A stretch of DNA of 63,679 nt, the filler included, from Reclinomonas americana ATCC 50394 (Eukaryota), in the NCBI GenBank assembly GCA_048213135.1. It is 19 parts of 19 records of this genome, joined end to end, with 100 filler letters (N's around TTAATTAATTAA, not from the genome) between each part and the next. Parts side by side here need not be neighbours in the genome. Positions count along the whole stretch, not along the records: positions 48,723 to 55,458 come from AFZH01018452.1; positions 55,559 to 58,934 come from AFZH01018455.1; positions 59,035 to 60,220 come from AFZH01018456.1; positions 60,321 to 62,239 come from AFZH01018459.1; positions 62,340 to 63,679 come from AFZH01018465.1; 14 more parts are not named here. One strand, 5' to 3'. The position numbers and the translations under genes were made by a program. How positions within the stretch are numbered: the stretch's first letter is position 1; each line of letters starts with the position of its first letter. This document shows positions 53,202 to 63,679 of the stretch, one piece after another. The notes beneath the pieces are model-generated. The model saw only the letters and a program-made list of their open reading frames with translations. It was not told the DNA's origin and did no database searches.

Positions 53202-53496
53202 GGCGCGGTAAAATGTGTGTGGACTAATTACTACTGAACGGTGGGCGACGAAGAAGGGGCATGGTTGGACGTGGTGGGAGCGATCGCAGGTGAAGGAGTG
53301 TGCCGACTGCCGAGAGCGAATGCATGACAGCGCAATAACCCTCCTCTGCTGGATAGAAAGCAGAGGGTCGTCAATATGTATGTCACAAGCGCGGTAGGAG
53401 GTCAAGGTCTGCACAACCCTGTGAATGCCAGTGTTTTGATCAAGAGATCGCAAGAGTGCGTGGCCAGAGTGTCCACAACGCGACATGCTCTCTTTT

Positions 53497-53682
53497 CACC
53501 ACCAACGACGACTCCTCCACTGCTTGACGGATCCGGACCCGGCTCTGCTTTGTTTGCCTGGATATGGCCTGTTTTCGAATTCGATGTGCCGTGAGCGATC
53601 GCGGAAGACGCTACACGTCTATGCAAGTGCGCTTGCGGTAATTCGAAGATGGATATCGCAGTTCTCGACTTGTTCGAAGCTC
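53497..53682 (-). repeat. Dispersed ~190-bp element, copy 3 (inverted)
   Basis: Reverse complement reads GTCGAGAACTGCGATATC...CACGGCACATCGAATTCG...CCAGGCAAACAAAGCAGAGCCGGGTCCGGATCCGTCAAGCA. Confidence 0.85.
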
Positions 53683-54023
53683 ATAGTTTCCTCGTCGTGG
53701 CGTTTGCGTGATGTCTCCGATCCTGGTGCCCACACAATGGTGATTAATACAGCGTACCCATTGGCAGCTTTGCGGCTGTTTGGGGTTGTCGATCAACGAA
53801 ATCGTTGTGGGACAAGTATCGACGTCACCTTGTAGGCAACCGGATGATCCGCGTGTATGTTTAGCAAGGCGACCTACACACGAAAGAAGTCGAGTGCTGC
53901 CACTGCTGCTTCTGCGTTGGCTTGTGAAGTTGCAGTGTCCCGTCACAGTCCTTTCAGACAATCACTCACGCGCGACTTTCCTCAATCGGAGTGCGTGTGT
54001 GCAGCTCTTAGTCAACCGACAAG

Positions 54024-54425
54024 ATGTTTGACAAGACATTGCAAGACCTTGTGAAGGGCATTCGGCAGCACAAGAAAAACGAGGCGGAGTACATTGCCGC
54101 CCAGTTGCGCGAGATTCGCGACGAGGAACTGCGCTCCAATGATCCGCGAAAGAAGTTTCTCGCGGTGCAGAAGCTCACCTATGTTGCGTGCAAAGTCAAT
54201 GGGACAGAGAGGAGAGATGGAAAGGGAAGGAGAGGGCGTGTGTGAGGACGAGATGGACATGTCTATATTCGCACGTGTGTGGTGTGTGTGTGGGTGTGTG
54301 TGTGTGGAGGGAGGGAGGGAGAGAGAGAGAAGGAGTGTGCTTGTGTGTTTGTGTTCAATTGCGCGTGAGAGAGAATGAATGTCGCATCTCATTGACGCAT
54401 GATGGAGAGAGAGAGATTGAAGCAG

Positions 54426-54481
<56 letters not shown>

Positions 54482-55397
54482 TCACTCACTCACGTACACA
54501 CGCAGCTAGAGGGAGAGATGCTACAGCTCGAGTACAGGTAGAATGAGAGACGAGTGGAAGAATGTGTGTGTGTGTGAGAGAGAGTGAGAGAGAGTGGAGG
54601 GCTGTGCAGCTTGATCGCACTTGCTACAGCCACTGGAGAGCGTGAGGTGTGCACAAGTGTGTGTGTAATGGGAGAGAAGATTGAAGTGCAGGCAAACCGC
54701 CGTGAAATCACATCACGTTCTTTCCTCCTCCTCCCCCTTCATTCTCACTTTCCCTCCCTTCCCCTTCCCCTCTTCTGCAGCTCCACATGGCCGGCTACGA
54801 CGTCAGTTTCGGCACCTTCCACGTAACCGAGGTCCTCTCCAACCCCGTCTTCGCCATGAAGCGCGCCGGCTACCTGGCCGCCTCGCAGCTCTTCCCAACC
54901 TCGGCCGACGTGGAGCCAGCGGTGCTCATGGTCACCAATCAGCTCAAGAAGGATCTCAAGTCGAACAATCCCTACGAGATTGGTGTGGCCATTAATTGCA
55001 TTGCCAACATTGCCACGTCGGACTTGGCGTCGGATGTGGTCGCCGATGTGGTCGCATTGCTCGGCAACTCGCGCTCGTACGTGCGCAAGAAGGCGGTGCT
55101 GGTGTTGCACAAGTTGTTCCTCAAGTTCCCCGACTCGTTGAGACCGACGTTTGCGCGTTTGCGCGAGAAGCTGGAGGACACGGATCCGAGTGAGTCACTT
55201 ATCGTGCCGAGTTGGGGGATACACGCACACGCGCAGCGTCTCATTGATGTTTCACAGCGGTCGTCGCCTCCACGGTGAATGTGCTGTGCGAGTTGGCGCA
55301 GAAGCACCCGGAGAACTATGTGCGCCTGGCGCCGTCGTTTTTCACGTTGTTGACCACGTTGAACAACAACTGGACGCTGATTAAGATTGTGAAGTTG
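54024..55397 (+). CDS. AP3D1: AP-3 complex subunit delta, 5' part
   Basis: MFDKTLQDLVKGIR...KLTY|LHMAGYD...KRAGYLAASQ...YVRKKAVL...FPDSLRPTF...VNVLCELA...NNNWTLIKIVKL; the remainder is lost in the gap. Confidence 0.95.
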
Positions 55398-55558
55398 GTG
55401 AGTTGGGGGTAAAGAAGGGAAAATAGAGGGAACGTGTGTCCTAATGCTCTCTCTCTCTNNNNNNNNNNNNNNNNNNNNNNNNNNNNNNNNNNNNNNNNNN
55501 NNTTAATTAATTAANNNNNNNNNNNNNNNNNNNNNNNNNNNNNNNNNNNNNNNNNNNN

Positions 55559-57952
55559 AGCACGCGCACCAGCACGGCCGCCACCAGCAACGCCACCGCC
55601 ACAAAGGCAAAGGCGGCCTCACGGCCACCAACGGCAGTCACAAAGTCGCCACGGCGCAGCCACGGTGCCAGCAGGCGCTCCGCTTGCACCCACCACGAGG
55701 CGGCACGGAGGCGCCACGGCACCTCCTGCTTGCGTGCCGCGTGGAGCTGTGCCGCCCGCGCAAACCACTCCTCGGCGTCGACGTAGCGACCCTGCTGGCG
55801 CAGCGCGTGACCGAGCTTGGCGGCGGAGAGCGGATCGCTCTTGGCGTGTCGCATCAGGTGCTCCACCGCCGTGTCAATGTCGCCGACGGCCAGCGCCGCA
55901 TCGGCCAACTTGCGCGACGACTTTTGGGCGACAAACTGCGGCTGCGAGTGCGGATCGGCCAGCGCCATCGAGTAGCGAGCGAGTACGTCGGTGTCCAACA
56001 CGCCCTGCCGGCGCTCGAGGCACGAGGCCACATTGAGGCGTGCCACAGAAAAGCCCATGGCCTCCAGTCGCAGGTAGCGGAAGAGTGCGCCCGTGCCAAA
56101 CGCGTCGCGTGCGTGGGCGGCCAGCGCCAAGCGGAACTCCTCGACCCAGCGCGCGCTCGACTCGGCGACAGTGCGGTAGTTCTGCGCCGCGCTGCGCACG
56201 TTCTGGCGGCGAGCGAACCGGTCGCCCAGAGCCATCAGCGACGGATGATGCAGCTTCATGGCGGCCTTGCCCAGGAGCTGCTCGCCGGCGGCCGGCGAGT
56301 GCACGACACCATAATCGACCGCCGTGCCACTAATGTGCAACATGGCGAGGTCGAACAGCGCGTCCGGATGGCCGGCCTCCACCGCCTCGCGCAGGCGACT
56401 GACGGCACGCGCAAAGGCGCTCAGAGGCGACGTGTACGACATGGAGGTGAGACCTGGAGGGGAGGGGAGGGGAGGTGAGGAAAAGGGCATCGTCGGCACG
56501 GGAGAAAAACATTGAAAGTAGCACTCACCCTTCAGGTGCAGACGGGCGAATTCGGTGGCGCCCACTGGATCCTGCACAATGGCCGCCCGATCAAAGTACG
56601 AGGCGGCCATGTCGCGATCGCGCGCGTATCCACCCAGCCCGAGGAGGTGCACGAAACCGAGAGCCACAAACGCCTCCGGCGACGACATTTGCTCGGCCTC
56701 GTGCAGCCACCACAGACCGTGCGACTCGGACTTTTCGAAACCGCGCGCTCCCATCAAGTGGAGCAGGCCGGCCCGCACCATGCTGCCCGGATGCCTCAGC
56801 GCCGCATACTTGGTCACATGCTCGCGATCCGCACGATCGCGCAGCTGATGCGAGTACAGCGTCAACCGCAGCTGCTCCGGTCGATTCAGTTGTCGCGGAT
56901 CCTCCTCCAGCAAGCGTGCAAAGGCCGACAACTCGGCGTCGGGCGAGCGTCGCGAGAGAGCGCATGACTGCATAATGCGCTCCTCCTGTCGCTCCGAGCT
57001 CGTCAGCGAGGCCTCCACCGCCGCCTGGCGATAGAACGCCGCGCCCTTGGCCGCGTCCTGCGTGCCGGCCTCGTTGCGCTGACTAAAGAACCAGCCGAGC
57101 GCCATATTGGCCTCGGCGCATCCACCGGCCGCCGCCTGATGCCACAATCGCAGCACATATGTCTCCACGTCATCGTCGTCACCGCCGCCACTGCCACTGC
57201 ATTCGTCGGCAGTGGGCGCCACCAGGCGACTGCGCAAAAGCACGCCCAAATCGAACATGGATCTCGCGTGCCCGTCGGCCGCCGCCAAGCGCAATAACGA
57301 CGCCGCCGTGGACAGCGAATGCGCAACGCACATGTCGCCAAACTGCAGAGTGAGAGTGGAGGTGAGTGCTGGGGACACAGGGAAGGGCGCGCGCAAAGAT
57401 ACTCGAACGCACCAAGTACATTTGTCCGAGACGATGCATGGCCACGGAAGAACCTCCTGCCGCCGCCGCCTCAAGCAGCTCAACGACACTGCACACATAG
57501 TCAGTCACACACACACACTGCCGCACACACGCGCGTCTACAGTCTTCGTACCCTACACAAGGCTCGGGTTCTTCGCGCCACCGCCGCTCGGCTTCACGAA
57601 CCATCCATTCACTCGAATGCGACGCCGACGAAGGCGACGACGCGGATGAAGCCGACGTGGACGGCGATGTGAGAGCTGCTGCTGTCACTGTGCTGCTAAA
57701 GAAGGCACTGTCTGGTCTGCGCAGACTCGAAGACACTGGCGAGGGAAAGAGAGAGAGAGAGTCAGTCAATCGGGCACAAAGTGCGCGTTTTTTTCTTCTC
57801 TCTCTTTCTCTCAGTGACGATGACAGACCTGCGGGTGATGATGAGGGCGCTGTGACTTGTGCAGAGGCGAGCACTGCGGCTGCAATGAGCACGCAGGCGA
57901 CGACAAGAGCGAGTCGTCCCATGTCCAACACTGGGCGGCGTCGTCCCGGCAT
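55559..57952 (-). CDS. SEL1L: SEL1L/Hrd3-like ERAD component
   Basis: Signal peptide, multiple Sel1 repeats, the ALFRYLRLEAMGFSVARLNVA segment typical of SEL1L/Hrd3, and a C-terminal TM helix. The stop lies in the gap. Confidence 0.75.
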
Positions 57953-58397
57953 TTTTTGAGGCGAGGTGCGAGTGAAGATCAGCAAGAGAGAGACAACGAG
58001 ACAAGCTTTTCTCGTGTGTGTGTGTGTGTGTGTGAGAAAGAGGTGTGTGGGGTGGCGTGTGTGTGTTTTTTTTTACGAGAGTGTCCCCTCTCACACACTT
58101 GGTACAAAAAAATTCACGAGAGAGCTGCCAGCGGCTCTTTCCTTTGTGGAAATCTTCCGTGGGGATGTTTGTGGGTGGCGGGTTGCTCGGTTCGCTGGAT
58201 GTGGAAGGTGGCGTTGTGGAGGTGCAAAGGGAAAGGGAAGGGAAAGGCGGGAAGGGATGAGAGGGAAAGAGGCGTTGGGGGAGGAGAGGGAGAGGGAGAG
58301 GGAGAGAGGGATAGGGATAGGGAGAGAGGGAGAGAGTGAGAGAGAAGGAGTGTGTGTGTGAGAGTGTGAGTTTGTGTGTGTGAGAGAGAGAGAGCGT

Positions 58398-58720
58398 GTG
58401 AGACAAGTCGTGATCATTCGCGCGCCCTCTTTGTCGTGCGACTCCAGAGACTTGCTTGGAAGGCTTGCTTGGAAGGTCCACTTGCTGTCTTCCTACCTAA
58501 CATGACAAGTATCTCTGCGATGAAAGGGCACGAGAGGATGGAGAGAGAGAGAGAGAGCGGGAAAGAGTGAGACTAGTCGTGGTCATTCGCGCGCCCTCTT
58601 GTCGTGCGACACCTTCTCCGCTTGCTTGAGAGGTCACTGTCGTTGTCTTCCTACTTAACATGCCAAGTATCTCTGTGATGAAAGGGTACGAGAGGATGGA
58701 GAGAGAGAGAGAGAGAGAGA
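58398..58720. repeat. Two-copy ~165-bp direct repeat ending in (GA)n
   Basis: TGAGAC(A/T)AGTCGTG(A/G)TCATTCGCGCGCCCTCTT...AACATG(A/C)CAAGTATCTCTG(C/T)GATGAAAGGG(C/T)ACGAGAGGATG occurs twice. The head motif TGAGACAAGTCGT recurs near 59095 and 59247. Confidence 0.8.
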
Positions 58721-58876
58721 GAGAAGAGAGAGAAGAGAGAGACAGAGAGAGAGGTAGCAAGTCAATAAGCGCGCTGCATGCAAGAGACAACCTGGATTTT
58801 GAGTGGCACAAGTCGCGGACAGGGACTCCTCCATTGGCTTGACTGTCTTCCTTCTGCGTGAGGCGGCAGTTGGTCA

Positions 58877-58916
<40 letters not shown>

Positions 58917-59369
58917 GAAGAAGAAGAGAGAGAGNNNNNNNNNNNNNNNNNNNNNNNNNNNNNNNNNNNNNNNNNNNNTTAATTAATTAANNNNNNNNNN
59001 NNNNNNNNNNNNNNNNNNNNNNNNNNNNNNNNNNGAGGAGGGAGGGAGAGAGAGGGAGAGAGGAGTGAGAAGATTTGGACTGACTGTGAGAGACTGAGAC
59101 AAGTCGTTGGGAGAAGCTAGCTCGCCGAACGGGCGGCGAAGACTCCCCAATAGCTTGCGTTCTCGCTCTTGTTAGGCCACCTGATCGGCAGCGATCGCTG
59201 TGCGAAGGCAGGAGCGAGAGAGAGAGAGCGATCGAGAGTGTGAGAGTGAGACAAGTCGTCTTCTGACGCGCGCTCGTTGCAATAGGCAGCGTAGACTCCA
59301 CTACCAGCGACAGAGCGCTGTCGTGATCATTCCCATTGCACGCCTTATCGACGGCGATCGTTGTGTGGC

Positions 59370-59401
<32 letters not shown>

Positions 59402-59722
59402 ATAAACAAAACGAAAGACAACTGCATCGCGATCGCGATCGCCACTGCGCAGTGCAACATGAACTTCCCCACACACGGAACGTGACTGGAGCGATCGCTC
59501 TCGCCGTTCACCTGCTTGGCAACAACCATCATGAGTCGGAAGATCGATCGCGACGTCGACGTTCCATTCTCTCTTGCTACACATGAAGAGTAAAATCCCC
59601 ATTCTTGTGCTCATCTTTGCGTAAACCCTCCCCGCATTCTGCCAGAAACGAACCCAGCACAGCAGCCAGCCGACTTCACTTGAAAGTCCTTGTCCCAGTT
59701 CAATCACTTCACCTCCGTCACC

Positions 59723-60144
59723 ATGAGCGAGGCTCCACCCGCCGACTCACTGCGCGCAGGCGAAGAGTACCAGCGCTTCCGCTCCCTCGTCCCACTCAAA
59801 CAAGTGAGCACACACGCGCGTGGCCATGTCACAATGTCACACACACTCTCACTGTGACACTTTGACAAAAAGGTGTCTGTTGCTGGCGACGAGGAAGACA
59901 AGAACTGGGTGTACTATGACCTGGGCCCGAGAGAAAAGGCACGTGAGATGCACTCACAAGTGTGTGAGAATAAGAGAGAGAGAGCCCTGACACCATATAT
60001 GGTGCCGTGTTCCTCTCTTCCTCTCTTGTCTCTTTTTGTTATGAGTAGATTCCGCTCATTTGTCTTCCGGGAGCGTCGGGAACGGCCAACAACTTTTACC
60101 GGCAAATGATTCAGCTGTGTCCCAAGGGCTATCGCATTATCGCG
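59723..60144 (+). CDS. SPG21: Maspardin (alpha/beta-hydrolase fold), 5' three exons
   Basis: EYQRFRSLVPLKQ|VSVAGDEEDKNWVYYDLGPREK|IPLICLPGASGTANNFYRQMIQLCPKGYRIIA matches the maspardin N-terminus; the second intron is GC-AG. Confidence 0.88.
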
Positions 60145-60376
60145 GTTCGGAACAACTTTGCAGAGAAGGGGCAAGGAGGGAGGAGGGAAGAGGGAGGAGA
60201 GGGAGAGAGAAGGGGGAGAGNNNNNNNNNNNNNNNNNNNNNNNNNNNNNNNNNNNNNNNNNNNNTTAATTAATTAANNNNNNNNNNNNNNNNNNNNNNNN
60301 NNNNNNNNNNNNNNNNNNNNTCTCTCTCCCGGCATTCCCTCGCTGTTCACTCACCACGCATTATCACGATGTGCAG

Positions 60377-61795
60377 AGGACAACGACACCTTTGACAAGG
60401 CTAAGAACCTCGGCACTCTGACTGCTGGCGCCGCCGCCACCGTCATCAATGCCAGGTATTGCTGTCTCTCTTTCTTTCTCTTGATATTTACCATTCTTTC
60501 GCACTCATCACTGTCCTCTCCTCCATCTCCACGCAGCGTTGACGCCCCCGCCGATATTGATTTCTTCAAGGTTTGTGTCACTGTTACCCGGACTTTTGCC
60601 CTCACCCGCCTCTCTCTCACCTTCTCCTCCCACAGATCACCACCACCGCCTCGTCGATCTCGATCAGCGTCGCACCCCCCAGCGTGGCGGCCTACCTGAG
60701 CGGCCCGCAGAACAACGACGCCACCGGCTCGTGCTCGGCTGGCACCTCGTACAACCCGCAGAACCAGCAGAACCTGGCCTTCCAGCTCATCTCCAGCAAT
60801 GGCACCACGGTCATCACCACCGTCAACGCCACCGCCGCCGGAACTGCCGAGGCCATTACCAATTTCACGCTGCCGGTGTCGACGGGCGGAGTCTACTTTA
60901 TCCGTGTGTACTCGGCATCGACCACCACGGCTGTGATCCAGCGCTACACCATGTCGGTGTCGGTGGCAGGCACTACGGCGCCCTCGTGCGCCACTGTCAC
61001 GTGCCCGAGTGGCCAGTTCTGCTCGAATGGCGCCTGGTGAGTGTGATTGTCGTGCACTGTTGGCGTGTTTGCGCAACTTATTTCTTACCACTACTTTTCA
61101 TGCGCAGCACGGCGTGCACTTGCGTGTCGGCCAACACCCTGCTGTGCAACACTGACGGCTTCTGCTCGTGCAAGGTCAACTTCTCCGGCACCACCTGCTC
61201 CGCCTGCGCAACGGTTTGTTCTCGTCTCTTGATTACATTCTGTGCCACACAACGAGTCTCACTGCTTGCCGCCGCAGGGTTACACTGGCACCACGTGCAC
61301 GACCTGTGCCGCTGGCTTCTTTGGCCCGACCTGCGACGTTCAGTGCACCAGCACCACGTGCAAGAACGGCGGCTCGTGCACCACCACTGGCACATGCACA
61401 GTTGCGCCTCATTATTATCTTACCATTATCTTCCGTTGCTGACACACACGCACACAAAAAAACAGTGCGTCAACGGCTTCACCGGTGCCTTCTGTGAGAT
61501 TGCGCCGCCGACGCTCACTGCTGGCGGCACCTGCTTCCGCTCGCGCACGGGCGTCATCTCCGCCAACTTCACCAACATGCCGTCTGGTGCGTACCTGATG
61601 GTGGTGGCCGCCGTGGGCGACACCAGCAAGGTCGCCGGCACCACCACTGTGGCGGTGTCGGGCAGCGGCTCCGCCCAGCTGGGCTCGATCAGCCTGCCCT
61701 CCGGCACCTACATTATCAAGGCGTTCACCAACTTGACTACGCGTGCGGCCATTACGACGCCGTCGCCGTCCTTTACAATCACCACCACTTGCTAA
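60377..61795 (+). CDS. 3' part of a probable extracellular protein: PPC-like domain + EGF repeats + C-terminal beta domain
   Basis: EDNDTFDKAKNLG...DIDFFK...YFIRV (pre-peptidase C-terminal-like), then CSCKVNFSGTTC, CAAGFFGPTC and CKNGGSC...CTCVNGFTGAFCE; TAA at 61795. Confidence 0.75.
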
Positions 61796-62431
61796 GCTAT
61801 CGCGAGGCGTTTGATTGTTTATTGTTTGTATTTTCTTTCTCAAGACACACATGTGAGGAGCGTTGAGCAATATTACAGACGCATGTCCATGTTAACCGGG
61901 GTTGGGGGAAGGGAGTGGGAAGGGAAAGGGGTGAGGTAGGTGACGCAGGGAGGGGGGTGGGAATGAGAGACGACAAAAGAGGCAAGAGAGCGGGTGTGTG
62001 AAAATGGCGACGTGGAAACGAGTGAGAGAGATGGCCTGGATGGCGTCGGACTGCAGACAATGCTTTGGTATGACCTGGATGGCGTCGAACATGAAGCTTG
62101 CGGGAGAGTGGCTCTCTCTCTCTCTCTCGCGGAGATGAATCTCCAAAAAAGGACATTTTCTTCTCTCACGATCCCACTGTTTCATTAATTGCGAGAAACG
62201 CAGGAGGAGAAGGAGTCTCTCTCTCTCTCTCTCTCTCTCNNNNNNNNNNNNNNNNNNNNNNNNNNNNNNNNNNNNNNNNNNNNTTAATTAATTAANNNNN
62301 NNNNNNNNNNNNNNNNNNNNNNNNNNNNNNNNNNNNNNNTCCTCGGTCCGTCCAACACACACGGTTGGTCGACAGTCGAGTTGTATTGTCTCCTCTCTCT
62401 CTCTCTCTCTCTCGCTCTCTCTCCCTTCCTC

Positions 62432-63545
62432 ATGTCCCTCTCTCCCTCTCCACTCATCCTCCTCCCCTCCAAGCGCATCACGGGTCACACTTTTCTTGTG
62501 ATGTGCGTCGCCATCACTCCCAATGGTGAGCACATCATCTCTGGGAGTGCAGACAAGACAGTGCGAGTGTGGTCTCTGGTGACTGGCGCTGAGGTGCGAC
62601 GACTGGAGGGACACACGTATTATGTGAACTCTGTTGCCGTGACTCCCAATGGCCAGCACATCGTGAGTGGCAGCTACGACCGCACGCTGCGAGTGTGGTC
62701 ACTGGAGAGTGGAGAAGAAGTGCGTCTGTTGAAGGGGCACGCTGAGGTAGTGCAATGTGTTGTCATCACTCCCGACGGGGAGCACGTTGTCAGCGGGAGT
62801 TATGACAAGACAGTGCGTGTGTGGTCACTGGCGAGTGGAGACGAGGTGAGGCGGTTGGAGAGACACACTGGCGGAGTGAACTCTGTCGCCGTCACGCCGG
62901 ATGGTCTCTACGTTGTCAGCGGGAGTGGCGACGGGGCAGTGCGAGTGTGGTCGCTGGAGAATGGCACTGAAGTGCACCGGTTCGACGGGCATAGAGGTTG
63001 GGTGCTGTCGGTTGCCATTACACTCGATAGTCAGCACATTGTGAGTTGCAGTCACGACGGGACCATGAGAGTGTGGTCAATTGCGACTGGAAAGGAAGTA
63101 CGACGGTTTGAGGGACATACTCTTGACACGATTCGCATCTCCATCGCCCCCGACGGTGAGCACGTTATGAGTGGAGGTAATTTATAATCCGGTTGTGCGA
63201 GTGTGGTCACTGGCAAGTGGAAGAGAGGTGCTACAGCTTGAGGGACACACTGGAGGTGTGCGCGCTGTGGCCGTGACTCCCGATGGTTTGCATGTCGTGA
63301 GTGGTGGTTATGACAACACTTTGCGAGTGTGGTCCACTCCTTGCGGCCTTGCTGCGTGTGAGTTGGGCGCAGCACGCGAGGCAATGCGGGCCGTCCATGA
63401 GGTGCAACGAGCAGTTGTCGACGACGAAGACGAGGACGAGCCAGATTCGCGGTGCCTGCCAGAGATGGTGCTGCGGTGCTTCATTGTGGAGGAGGCGGCG
63501 GTTGTGCTGCACCGGCGAAGCATGGAACCGGAGTCGCACTTGTAA
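62432..63545 (+). CDS. Intronless WD40 protein, paralog of 46412-47518, with a 1-nt frameshift near 63180
   Basis: Highly regular GHT..V.SVAVTPDG..VVSGS.D.TVRVWSL repeats. Removing one T in AATTTATAA restores GNYNPVVRVW. Shared C-terminus. Confidence 0.82.
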
Positions 63546-63679
63546 AAATGGGAGGGGCGAGAGAGACAGAGCGTTTTCTTTTGTTTTTTTTTTGTGTTCT
63601 TGTTTTGTTGTTTCGTGTTTTTTTTGTGATGACCCAAAGTGAACGAGTTGGCTTGCTGCTGTTGCGATACAGCTGTGTG

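Noticed and set aside
63175..63190. Programmed frameshift or stop read-through in the WD40 gene
   Set aside because: One extra T in a short homopolymer explains it; sequencing error or a recent lesion is more likely.

Overview
Intron-rich, microsatellite-rich eukaryotic (probably protist) scaffold. It contains 18 artificial 100-nt gaps (N44-TTAATTAATTAA-N44). Genes recognised: squalene synthase, uracil-DNA glycosylase, AP-3 delta, SEL1L/Hrd3, maspardin (SPG21), a NAGPA-like glycosidase, an aftiphilin/synergin-like motif-array protein, two intronless WD40 paralogs, two chromatin-type proteins (BTB/AT-hook/FYR and HARE-HTH/WD40), a PPC-EGF protein and an atypical initiator-like tRNA-Met. There is also a tandem pair of large secreted proteins in which NHL propellers are inserted inside FN3-like domains, followed by cadherin-like, IPT and PAN domains. 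The strongest unexpected signal is in the splice sites. By hand count 22 introns in about 10 genes use a one-nucleotide-shifted donor (GTTGCG/GTTGAG, G at +6 rather than +5), always after a non-G exon end; several are fixed by protein homology. A ~190-bp element occurs three times, each upstream of and pointing away from a gene start. All exon chains and domain calls were made by eye; nothing was computed or searched.
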